Assembly (NCBI GenBank): GCA_045538555.1
Contig: JAZSRP010000049.1
Span: 129,476-193,475 of the forward strand
Direction of reading: 5' to 3'
From: Eubacteriales bacterium
GTDB taxonomy: Bacteria > Bacillota > Clostridia > Oscillospirales > CAG-382
Length of the DNA stretch: 64,000 nt
Below are positions 43,903-52,869 of the stretch, one piece after another. The notes beneath the pieces were generated by a model, which saw only the letters and a program-made list of their open reading frames with translations, did not search any database and was not told the origin of the DNA. Within the stretch, counting starts at the first letter, position 1, and each line of letters starts with the position of its first letter. Position numbers and translations under genes: made by a program.

Positions 43903-46533
43903 TTACTTGTTGTCCTTAATTGCAGCCTGTGCAGCGGCAAGGCGAGCGATGGGAACGCGGAAAGGAGAGCAGGACACGTAGTCCAGTCCCAACTGGTGGC
44001 AGAACTCCACAGAAGTGGGGTCGCCGCCGTGCTCACCGCAGATACCCACGTGGAGATCGGGGTTGACGGGACGGCCGAGAGAAATGGCCATACCCATGAG
44101 TTTGCCTACGCCGGTCTGGTCAAGACGGGCAAAGGGATCGTTTTCAAATATCTTTGCATCGTAGTATGCATCAAGGAATTTGCCTGCATCATCACGGCTG
44201 AATCCGTATGTCATCTGTGTCAGGTCGTTGGTGCCAAAGCAGAAGAAATCAGCGTTTGCGGCAATATCATCTGCTGTGAGACAAGCACTGGGAATCTCAA
44301 TCATAGTGCCCACCTCGTACTCAAGAGCAGTGCCGGCAGCGGCAATTTCTGCATTTGCAGTCTCAACAACAACGTTTTTGACGTACAGGAACTCTTTTAC
44401 GTCGCCAACCAGAGGGATCATGATCTCGGGCTTGACGTTCCAGTCGGGATGTGCGGCTTTTACGTTGATTGCTGCACGGATAACGGCAGCGGTCTGCATT
44501 TTTGCGATCTCGGGGTAGGTGACGGAGAGACGGCATCCTCTGTGGCCCATCATGGGGTTGAACTCATGGAGTGAAGTAATGATGGCTTTGATGGTCTCAA
44601 CCTTTTTGCCCTGCGCGTCTGCAAGAAGTTTGATGTCCGCTTCCTCGGTGGGCACAAACTCATGGAGAGGAGGATCAAGGAATCTGATGCAAACGGGAGT
44701 GCCCTCAAGCGCCTCATACAACGCTTCAAAGTCTGCCTGCTGCATGGGAAGAATCTTTGCAAGGGCGACTTCTCTTTCCTTGACGGTCTCGGAGCAGATC
44801 ATCTCACGGAAAGCGTCGATTCTGCCCTCACCAAAGAACATGTGCTCAGTACGGCACAGTCCGATGCCCTCTGCGCCCAGCTCACGTGCCTTTTTGGCAT
44901 CTGCGGGGGTGTCGGCATTGGTGCGTACCTTGAGAGTTCTGAAGCTGTCAGCCCATTGCATGATGGTATCAAAATTGCCGGAGATCTCAGCATCAACAGT
45001 GGGGATGATACCGTCATAGATTCTGCCGGTGGAGCCGTCAATGGAAATATAGTCACCCTCGGTGAAGGTTTTTCCTGCCAGCTCAAACTTTTTGTTCTTC
45101 TCATCCATTGTGATGTCGCCGCAACCGGAAACACAGCATTTGCCCATGCCGCGTGCTACGACTGCTGCGTGAGAGGTCATGCCGCCTCTTACGGTGAGGA
45201 TACCCTGAGCGGCTTTCATGCCCTCGATATCCTCGGGAGAGGTCTCAAGTCTGACAAGAATAACTTTTTCGCCTCTTGCAGACCATTCTTTTGCGTCCTC
45301 GGCAGTAAACACTACCTTGCCGCATGCTGCTCCGGGAGAAGCACCCAGGCCGTTGCCTGCTGCAGTTGCGGATTTGAGCACCTTGGTGTCAAACTGGGGA
45401 TGGAGCAGGGTATCAAGGTTTCTGGGGTCAATCATGAGAACTGCTTCTTCTTTGGTCTTGTGTCCCTCTTTTACCAGATCGACAGCGATCTGAAGAGCTG
45501 CCTGAGCGGTTCTCTTGCCGTTTCTGGTCTGGAGCATAAAGAGCTCTTCGTTTTCGATAGAAAACTCCATGTCCTGCATATCGTGATAGTGGTTTTCCAA
45601 AATGTCGCAAACCTCAAGGAATCTCTTGTACACCTTGGGGAACTTGTCTGCCATCTCAACGATGGGCATGGGGGTGCGCACGCCGGCGACAACGTCCTCG
45701 CCCTGAGCATTGGTGAGAAACTCACCCATGAGCTTTTTCTCGCCGGTGGCGGGATCGCGGGTAAATGCAACACCGGTACCGCAGTTGTCGCCCATGTTGC
45801 CAAATACCATTGCCTGAACGTTTACAGCTGTGCCCCAGCTGTAGGGAATATCGTTGTCACGACGGTAAACGTTTGCACGGGGGTTGTCCCAGGAACGGAA
45901 CACTGCCTTGACAGCGCCGATAAGCTGCTCTTTGGGATCAGAGGGGAAGTCCTTGCCGATGGTTGCCTTGTACTCGGCTTTGAACTGCTCTGCAAGCTCC
46001 TTGAGATCATCAGCGGTGAGATCAACGTCAAGGGTCACGCCCTTTTGTTTTTTCATCTTGTCGATGAGCTCTTCAAAGTATTTCTTGCCGACTTCCATAA
46101 CAACGTCGGAATACATTTGAATAAATCTTCTGTAGCAGTCATAAGCCCATCTGGGGTTACCGGATTTTTTTGCCATAACCTCAACGACCTCTTCGTTGAT
46201 ACCGAGGTTGAGGATGGTGTCCATCATGCCGGGCATAGAAGCTCTTGCGCCGGAGCGGACGGAGACGAGAAGCGGATTTTCAAGATCACCAAACTTTTTG
46301 CCGGTGATCTGCTCCAACTTTTCGATATATTCCATGATCTGGGACTGAATATCCTCATTGATCATTTTACCGTCGGTGTAATATTGGGTGCACGCCTCGG
46401 TAGTGATAGTGAACCCCTGGGGAACAGGAAGCCCGAGATTGGTCATCTCGGCCAAGTTCGCACCCTTGCCGCCGAGAAGCTCTCTCATCTTGCCATTGCC
46501 TTCGGAAAAGAGATAGACATACTTCTTTGTCAT
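43903..46533 (-). CDS. ppdK: Pyruvate, phosphate dikinase
   Basis: 876 aa. GGKGANLAEM ATP-grasp N-terminus, the GGMTSHAAVVARG phosphohistidine motif and a C-terminal PEP-utilising TIM barrel. Confidence 0.93.
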   Translation of the reverse strand: MTKKYVYLFSEGNGKMRELLGGKGANLAEMTNLGLPVPQGFTITTEACTQYYTDGKMINEDIQSQIMEYIEKLEQITGKKFGDLENPLLVSVRSGARASMPGMMDTILNLGINEEVVEVMAKKSGNPRWAYDCYRRFIQMYSDVVMEVGKKYFEELIDKMKKQKGVTLDVDLTADDLKELAEQFKAEYKATIGKDFPSDPKEQLIGAVKAVFRSWDNPRANVYRRDNDIPYSWGTAVNVQAMVFGNMGDNCGTGVAFTRDPATGEKKLMGEFLTNAQGEDVVAGVRTPMPIVEMADKFPKVYKRFLEVCDILENHYHDMQDMEFSIENEELFMLQTRNGKRTAQAALQIAVDLVKEGHKTKEEAVLMIDPRNLDTLLHPQFDTKVLKSATAAGNGLGASPGAACGKVVFTAEDAKEWSARGEKVILVRLETSPEDIEGMKAAQGILTVRGGMTSHAAVVARGMGKCCVSGCGDITMDEKNKKFELAGKTFTEGDYISIDGSTGRIYDGIIPTVDAEISGNFDTIMQWADSFRTLKVRTNADTPADAKKARELGAEGIGLCRTEHMFFGEGRIDAFREMICSETVKEREVALAKILPMQQADFEALYEALEGTPVCIRFLDPPLHEFVPTEEADIKLLADAQGKKVETIKAIITSLHEFNPMMGHRGCRLSVTYPEIAKMQTAAVIRAAINVKAAHPDWNVKPEIMIPLVGDVKEFLYVKNVVVETANAEIAAAGTALEYEVGTMIEIPSACLTADDIAANADFFCFGTNDLTQMTYGFSRDDAGKFLDAYYDAKIFENDPFARLDQTGVGKLMGMAISLGRPVNPDLHVGICGEHGGDPTSVEFCHQLGLDYVSCSPFRVPIARLAAAQAAIKDNK

Positions 46534-46646
46534 TTTTAGTCCTCCTGAAAATAATTTTTGTTTTTATCCAATATATTATATATCAAATATCAGTTTTGTC
46601 AAGGGAATAGCAAAAAAAGCCATGGGAAAAAGTTTTTTGCTTTTCA

Positions 46647-46686
46647 AAAAAGAAAAAACGGATCCCGCAAAAAAGTGAGGGATCCG
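46647..46686 (-). terminator. Terminator of rnpB
   Basis: On the minus strand CGGATCCC-tcactttttt-gc-GGGATCCG hairpin (46659-46686) followed by a U-run (plus-strand A-run 46647-46658). Confidence 0.7.
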
Positions 46687-47032
46687 GACACGCTCCTGTA
46701 AGCCGAGTTCTGTCGTGAACAATCATCTATCTTGGATCTGCGTCGCCGCAGACCTCTATGCCACCTCCCCGAGAGCTGCCGAGCAGGCATTGACGCTCTC
46801 TCCGCGGTGTTGCTCCGGATAGGGTTTACATGGCCGCACGGTCTCCCGTACGCCGGTGAGCTCTTACCTCGCCTTTCCATCCTTACCAAGCAAAGCTTGG
46901 CGGTTTATTTCTGTTGCACTTGCCCTGAAGTCGCCTTCGGCAGACGTTATCTGTTATCCTGCTCTGTGGAGCTCGGACTTTCCTCACGGCACGGGATTTC
47001 TCCATGGTGCCGCGCGATTGTTCGGAACGGTC
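46686..47032 (-). ncRNA. rnpB: RNase P RNA (bacterial, type A-like)
   Basis: The minus strand contains the universal GAGGAAAGTCCGAGCTCC (plus-strand complement at 46968-46985), GGTAAGAGCTCACCGG, GTAAACCC and ACAGAACTCGGCTTACAG (P4 3' strand). The ends are approximate (+/-10 nt). Confidence 0.85.
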
Positions 47033-47039
47033 AAAAATT

Positions 47040-47068
47040 ATTTTATCACAACGGGATAATTTTGTCAA
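47040..47068 (-). promoter_or_regulatory. Promoter of rnpB
   Basis: On the minus strand: TTGACA (47063-47068), 17 nt, TAAAAT (47040-47045) with TGn. Confidence 0.55.
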
Positions 47069-47154
47069 ACACTTGATTATTTTTTTCAGCGGTTATATAA
47101 TGATTTGAATATAATGTTATTATGCCAAAATGTTTTTATTATTCGGAGGCAGCC

Positions 47155-48495
47155 ATGCTTTTTGAGTATGCATCACAATACAAGGGCAGACGTGTGGGAT
47201 TTGTAGGCCTGGGCGTCAGCAATCTGCCCATTCTTGAGCTTTTTTTGGCGGCGGGAGCTTTGTGTACCGTACGCGACAAAAAGGACATATCGGGCAACGG
47301 TGATTTTTGCGTTTTCCGTGATAGGGGAGCGGAGTTCATCTGCGGTGATGGTTATCTTGACGGTATTCGGGAGGAGCTTTTGTTCCTTTCTCCTGCAGTA
47401 AGATCAGATCTGCCCCCGCTTTTGGAGGCAAAAAAACGGGGCACTCGAATCACCTGCGAGATGGAGGAATTCTTTTCTCTCTGCCCCTGCAAAAAAATTG
47501 CGGTGACCGGCAGTGACGGAAAGACAACCACCACGACTCTCATTGCACTTTTGCTGGAAAAGGCGGGACACCGTGTCCACCTTGGCGGCAATATCGGAGT
47601 CAACCTGCTGTCAAAGCTTGACAGTATTCAAAAAGAAGATTTTGCCGTTGTGGAGCTTTCCAGCTTTCAGTTGATGAAAATGACACAGAGTCCTCACGTT
47701 TCGGTGGTCACAAACATTTCTCCAAACCATCTGGATTGGCACAGAGATATGGCAGAATATATCGCTGCAAAGAAAAATATTTTTTACAACCAGACCTCCG
47801 ACGGAGTTTTGGTACTCAACCTTGATGACGACACCTCCCGTTCATTCTCTGCCGAAGCCAAGTGTGCTGTCAGAAATATATCGGGAAAAACAATGGCAGA
47901 CGTGTGGTTTGATGCTGAGGGAATCCATTGCGGTGACCGCCTGTTGGTTTCCGACGGTGACATCAAGCTTGTAGGAGTTCACAACAGATACAATTACTGC
48001 CAGGCATATTGTGCCGTCATGGATCATGTTTCGGTACAGGATCTGTATGATGTGGCAACAACCTTTGGCGGTGTTGAGCACAGGATTGAGTTTGTGAGAG
48101 AAAAAGACGGTGTGAAGTATTACAACTCATCGATCGATTCCAGCCCTTCACGTACCCGAGCATGTCTTATGAGCTTTGAAAAAAAAGTCGTGGTTATAAG
48201 CGGTGGTTATGACAAGCAGATTCCGTATGATTCCATGGGGGAGCTGTTTTTTAAAAAAGTCAAATATGCCGTGCTGATGGGTGCAACTGCAAAAAAAATT
48301 GCATCTGCCCTTGACTCGGCGGGATTTTCGGATTATTGCTTTGCAACGGATATGGATGACGCCGTAAAAAAAGCATCGGAGATGGCGCAACCCGGAGATA
48401 CCGTGGTGTTGTCACCTGCATCCGCCAGCTTTGATATGTATAAAAATTTTGCCCAACGAGGCGAAATATTCAAGCAAATAGTAAACGGTCTCTAA
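47155..48495 (+). CDS. murD: UDP-N-acetylmuramoylalanine--D-glutamate ligase
   Basis: GLGVSN Rossmann N-terminus and GSDGKTTTT P-loop of Mur ligases. The ATG at 47155 follows GGAGG. Confidence 0.9.
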   Translation: MLFEYASQYKGRRVGFVGLGVSNLPILELFLAAGALCTVRDKKDISGNGDFCVFRDRGAEFICGDGYLDGIREELLFLSPAVRSDLPPLLEAKKRGTRITCEMEEFFSLCPCKKIAVTGSDGKTTTTTLIALLLEKAGHRVHLGGNIGVNLLSKLDSIQKEDFAVVELSSFQLMKMTQSPHVSVVTNISPNHLDWHRDMAEYIAAKKNIFYNQTSDGVLVLNLDDDTSRSFSAEAKCAVRNISGKTMADVWFDAEGIHCGDRLLVSDGDIKLVGVHNRYNYCQAYCAVMDHVSVQDLYDVATTFGGVEHRIEFVREKDGVKYYNSSIDSSPSRTRACLMSFEKKVVVISGGYDKQIPYDSMGELFFKKVKYAVLMGATAKKIASALDSAGFSDYCFATDMDDAVKKASEMAQPGDTVVLSPASASFDMYKNFAQRGEIFKQIVNGL

Positions 48496-48517
48496 AGACA
48501 ATATACGGAGGAACAAT

Positions 48518-49549
48518 ATGGAAAAACTCAAAGAACTTATCCAAAACCTCACACCATACCCCGGTGTATCCGGAAACGAGAGCATGGCTTTTTGCAAACT
48601 TACTGAATATGTAAGCTCTCTCGAAATTTTTGATGAGCTTGGTACCACCGAGGTAGGCAGTTTTTACGGAATTGTCCGTTGCGGAAAAGAAAATGCGCCG
48701 CTGTTGCTGCTTGATGCACACCTTGATACCATCGGTTTTGTTGTAACAGAGATTTGCGACGGCGGATTCCTCAAGGTGGCGCCCATCGGCGGTGTTGCCG
48801 CAAAGATCCTGTCCGCAACTCCCGTCAATATTTACGGAAAGAAAACGATCGAGGGAGTTTTTGCTTCAAAACCGCCTCACCTGCAGCAACCGGGCGAGAG
48901 TGAAAAAAAGCTCGACGTGCTCGATATGTGTATTGATACGGGATTGACAAAAGAAGCGCTTGAGGATATCGTTCGCATCGGAACTCCCGTGGGATTTCCC
49001 TGTGAGCTTACCATGCTTGCCAACAACAAACTGGCGGGAGCCGGTTTTGACGACCGTCTTTGCGGAGCGGTGCACCTGAGAGCGTTGATGAATATAAAAA
49101 GAGACGAAATAAACTGCGACGTTGCATTTGTGTTCTCAGGCGGGGAGGAGACCGGATACAAGGGAGCAATGACCACCGCTTATAGACTCGATCCCGCACG
49201 TGCCATAGTTATGGACGTGACTCATGCATATGTTCCGGGCGCACCCGAATACCGAAAAGCAGTCTATGCAGGAAAGGGCTGTGATATCTGCTTTTCGCCT
49301 CAGACAAACCGTGCCTATACCAAACGTGCGGCTGAACTTGCCCAAAAAAATGGCATCAGCGTTCAATTTTCGGCGGCTCCGGGCAGAACGGGAACCAACT
49401 CAAATGCCGTACAGACAACCCGAAACGGAATCCCCGTGCTGTTGGTTTCCATTCCTCTCAAAAATATGCACACCATGAGCGAGATTGTTGATCTCGGAGA
49501 TGCAATGGCGGCGGCGGATCTGGTTGCCGCAGTGATTGCGGATATGTAA
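48518..49549 (+). CDS. M42 family metallopeptidase (copy 1)
   Basis: LLLDAHLDTIGF, AGAGFDDRLCGA, SGGEETGYKGA motifs of M42 (FrvX/YsdC-like). Confidence 0.85.
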   Translation: MEKLKELIQNLTPYPGVSGNESMAFCKLTEYVSSLEIFDELGTTEVGSFYGIVRCGKENAPLLLLDAHLDTIGFVVTEICDGGFLKVAPIGGVAAKILSATPVNIYGKKTIEGVFASKPPHLQQPGESEKKLDVLDMCIDTGLTKEALEDIVRIGTPVGFPCELTMLANNKLAGAGFDDRLCGAVHLRALMNIKRDEINCDVAFVFSGGEETGYKGAMTTAYRLDPARAIVMDVTHAYVPGAPEYRKAVYAGKGCDICFSPQTNRAYTKRAAELAQKNGISVQFSAAPGRTGTNSNAVQTTRNGIPVLLVSIPLKNMHTMSEIVDLGDAMAAADLVAAVIADM

Positions 49550-49562
49550 CGGAGGTGAATAT

Positions 49563-50585
49563 ATGAAACAGCTTCTCAAAAGATATTGCAACGCACTTTC
49601 GCCCTCCGGAATGGAAGACGAGGTGAGAGACCTCATAATTGAAGATATCAAGGATTGCGGCTGTGAGTACAGCGTTGACCCCTGCGGAAACCTTACGGTG
49701 TTCAAAAAGGGACGCAGAAAAAGAAATAAAAAAGTCCTCTTTTCGGCACATATGGATGAGGTGGGCTTTATGATAAAGCACATCGATGATGAGGGTTATT
49801 TGTGGTTTGATTGTGTCGGCGGCATCGACCGCCGAGTGGTAAGCGGCAGGCGGGTGAGATTTTGTGAGAGCGGAATTCCCGGAGTTATTGCATCAAAAGC
49901 CATTCATATGCAGACCCCCGAGGAGCGCGGCAAATGCGAGCCCCTGTCAGAAATGCGTATCGATATTGGTGCTCTTGACAAGGAAGACGCACAAAAAATG
50001 GTGTCGGTAGGAGACTGTGCCGTGTTTGAGCCCAATTTCAGGGATTTTGGCGACGGTTTTGTGTGCTCAAAAGCACTTGACGACCGATTTGGCTGTGCTA
50101 TTTTGGTAAAGATGATCCAATCCGATCTTGAGTATGACACTTATTTTGCATTCTGTACCTGTGAGGAGGTAGGATGCGACGGTGCAAAAGAGGTTGCCCA
50201 CTCACTCCGTCCCGACGTGGTAGTGGCTCTGGAAGCAACCACAGCGGGTGATATTGCCGGTACCCCCAGAGCCAGACGTGCCTGCTGCCTTGACAGCGGA
50301 GCAGTGCTTTCTTTTATGGACAGGGGAACGATATACAGCACCCGAATGCTTGATATCGCAAGAGAAACCGCAAAAGAAAAAGGTATAAAATATCAGCTCA
50401 AAAACGTGGTTGCGGGCGGAAACGAGGCAAGTGCATACCAAAAAGCCGCACACGGTGCGGAGGTTCTTGCCATAAGTGCGCCTGCCCGTTATATCCACTC
50501 CGCGTCAAACGTACTTTGCAACAACGATATTGAGGCAGTATCTGCACTTGCCTTTGCCATCAACGAAAGGAGCTTTGAACAATGA
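49563..50585 (+). CDS. M42 family metallopeptidase (copy 2)
   Basis: SAHMDEVGFMIKHIDDEGYL, KALDDRFGC, CEEVGCDGA. The ATG at 49563 follows GGAGG. Confidence 0.85.
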   Translation: MKQLLKRYCNALSPSGMEDEVRDLIIEDIKDCGCEYSVDPCGNLTVFKKGRRKRNKKVLFSAHMDEVGFMIKHIDDEGYLWFDCVGGIDRRVVSGRRVRFCESGIPGVIASKAIHMQTPEERGKCEPLSEMRIDIGALDKEDAQKMVSVGDCAVFEPNFRDFGDGFVCSKALDDRFGCAILVKMIQSDLEYDTYFAFCTCEEVGCDGAKEVAHSLRPDVVVALEATTAGDIAGTPRARRACCLDSGAVLSFMDRGTIYSTRMLDIARETAKEKGIKYQLKNVVAGGNEASAYQKAAHGAEVLAISAPARYIHSASNVLCNNDIEAVSALAFAINERSFEQ

Positions 50586-51580
50586 TTAGATTTGATATGA
50601 TAAAAAGATTTCTCACCGCCTTTTCCGTATCCGGATTTGAGGATGAGCTTGCCGCAGTTATTTCGGAGGAGCTGAAAGATTTTTGTGATTCTGCCACAAT
50701 TGACGCCATGGGCAACCTGCTTGTTTTCAAAAAAGGCAAGGACAGCACAAAAAAACTTATGATCGCGTCCCATATGGATGAGATAGGATTTATCGTAACA
50801 GATATTGATGACAGCGGATTGATCCGTGTCGCCCCGATAGGAGGAATCAACCCCGTTGCATCCTGCTTCCACAGAGTTGCATTCAAAAATGGTGTAAAGG
50901 GCGTTTTGGTACTTGAAGACGGCACAAAAGCCGGTGATATCACCGCCAACAAGCTTTTTGTGGACATTGGCGCCGGAGACGGAAAAAAAGCTGCCCGAAG
51001 AGTAAGCGTCGGAGACGTATGTGCAGTGATCCCCATGGTACAAAAGCTTTCTGCAAAGCGCTACGCAGCAAAAGCGTGTGACGACAGGATCTGCTGTGCT
51101 ATCTCCGCATTGGCGGCATTGCAGGCAAAAGAATTTGCATATGATACTTATTTTGTGTTTACCGTTCAGGAGGAGGTAGGATGCAGAGGCGCAAAGCCCG
51201 GTTCGTTTACCGTGATGCCGGATTATTCCATTGCCCTTGACGTCACCCCCTGTCCCGCAACGGGCAACCCCAACCATCTGACCGTAAAAATGGGTCAGGG
51301 TGCGGCAATCAAAATCAAGGACAGCTCGGTTATTTGCTCTCCAAAAATGGTTGACCGTCTCACAGTGCTTGCAAAAGAAAGCAATATCAAATATCAGTAT
51401 GAGGTTCTGCTCTATGGCGGAACCGACACCTCGCAGATGCAGATTGCCGGCTCCGGCTCTGTTGCGGGCTGTATCTCACTGCCCACCAGATACGTACACA
51501 CACCCGTGGAGACGGTGGATATGGATGACCTGAAAAACTGCGTTGACCTGTTGGTGGAATTTATTGAAAAAGGAATGTAA
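50582..51580 (+). CDS. M42 family metallopeptidase (copy 3)
   Basis: ASHMDEIGFIVTDIDDSGLI, KACDDRICC, QEEVGCRGA. 4-nt overlap with copy 2. Confidence 0.85.
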   Translation: MIRFDMIKRFLTAFSVSGFEDELAAVISEELKDFCDSATIDAMGNLLVFKKGKDSTKKLMIASHMDEIGFIVTDIDDSGLIRVAPIGGINPVASCFHRVAFKNGVKGVLVLEDGTKAGDITANKLFVDIGAGDGKKAARRVSVGDVCAVIPMVQKLSAKRYAAKACDDRICCAISALAALQAKEFAYDTYFVFTVQEEVGCRGAKPGSFTVMPDYSIALDVTPCPATGNPNHLTVKMGQGAAIKIKDSSVICSPKMVDRLTVLAKESNIKYQYEVLLYGGTDTSQMQIAGSGSVAGCISLPTRYVHTPVETVDMDDLKNCVDLLVEFIEKGM

Positions 51581-51618
51581 TCTTTTTTACCGACGGTAAA
51601 AAGAAAAAGGAACAAAAA

Positions 51619-52869
51619 ATGTTTTCACCCGAATTACTGAAAAGAGCAGGGGAGTGCGAGCGCTCCCTTGCGGAAATATTTTCAAAAATTGACGAAACAG
51701 CATTTAAAAACACCCAAAAGGTGATGGAGATTTTTGCCAATAACCACCTCTCCGATCGACATTTTGCGCCCTCCTGCGGTTATGGATACAACGATGACGG
51801 ACGTGACTTGTGCGATGTTCTTTTTGCACAGGCGCTTGGATGCGAGAGCGGCTTTGCCCGCTCGGGAATCATTTCGGGCACCCATGCTCTTGCAATTGCA
51901 CTGTACGGGTTGCTCCGTCCCGGTGATACGCTTTTGTCTGTCAGCGGAAAACCCTATGACACCCTGGATTCAGTCATCGGATTTGAAAATCGAGGAGAGG
52001 GAAGTCTGGCGGAATACGGAGTAAAATACCACGGAATAGATCTTGTGGACAACAAGACCATTGATCTGGCAGCCGTCCGCAGCTATCTCTCGGCACACAA
52101 TGAAGTAAAAGTCGTTTTTGTGCAGCGCTCAAAGGGTTATGGTGACCGCAGAACGCTTACGGTCGGTGAGATAAATCAGCTTTTTGACCTCGTGCGTGAG
52201 TTTGCCGGCGTGTATCTGGTGGTTGACAACTGCTACGGTGTGTTTACAGAGGCATCCGAGCCCAAAGGCGATCTTCTTGTGGGATCACTCATAAAAAATG
52301 CCGGGGGAGGTATTGCCGAGACCGGCGGATATATCGTTGGCACCAAAAGAGCTGTGGAGCTGGCGGGATACCGTCTCACAGTTCCCGGCATCGGGCTTGA
52401 GGCAGGGTGCTCACTGGGTACTACCAAGTCAATGATAAAAGGGCTTTTCTTTGCGCCTCACACCACAGCCCAGGCGCTAAAAACCGCACATTTTGCCGCC
52501 GCAATGCTTGAAAGCTACGGATTCCGCTGTGCGCCCGCATCTACAGAGATGCGCAGTGATATTATTCAGACCGTGTATCTCGGAAATGCAAAAAACGTTC
52601 TTGGATTTTGCAAAGGTATTCAAAAAGGATCACCTGTTGACAGTTACGTTGTTCCGGAGGGATGGGAAATGCCCGGCTACAACGACCCTGTTGTGATGGC
52701 AGCAGGTGCTTTTACTCAGGGCAGTTCTATTGAGTTGTCTGCCGATGCTCCTTTGAGAGAACCGTATATTGTCTATCTGCAGGGCGGACTTACCTACGAA
52801 AGCGGAAAATATGGTATTCTTACAGCTATCAAAACAATGCTTGAAGAAATGGAGGAAAAACAGTCATGA
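51619..52869 (+). CDS. YnbB-like PLP-dependent enzyme (Met_gamma_lyase / aluminium-resistance family)
   Basis: 416 aa; GYGYNDDGRD...ISGTHAL...QRSKGY resembles the family as I recall it. Confidence 0.78.
   Translation: MFSPELLKRAGECERSLAEIFSKIDETAFKNTQKVMEIFANNHLSDRHFAPSCGYGYNDDGRDLCDVLFAQALGCESGFARSGIISGTHALAIALYGLLRPGDTLLSVSGKPYDTLDSVIGFENRGEGSLAEYGVKYHGIDLVDNKTIDLAAVRSYLSAHNEVKVVFVQRSKGYGDRRTLTVGEINQLFDLVREFAGVYLVVDNCYGVFTEASEPKGDLLVGSLIKNAGGGIAETGGYIVGTKRAVELAGYRLTVPGIGLEAGCSLGTTKSMIKGLFFAPHTTAQALKTAHFAAAMLESYGFRCAPASTEMRSDIIQTVYLGNAKNVLGFCKGIQKGSPVDSYVVPEGWEMPGYNDPVVMAAGAFTQGSSIELSADAPLREPYIVYLQGGLTYESGKYGILTAIKTMLEEMEEKQS

Noticed and set aside
44662-46539. 625-aa plus-strand ORF, plus 43996-44574 and 44519-45019
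   Set aside because: They are antisense to ppdK, whose identity is certain, and have no independent signals.
50489-51277. 262-aa minus-strand ORF
   Set aside because: It is antisense to the second and third M42 peptidase genes and has no RBS or promoter.
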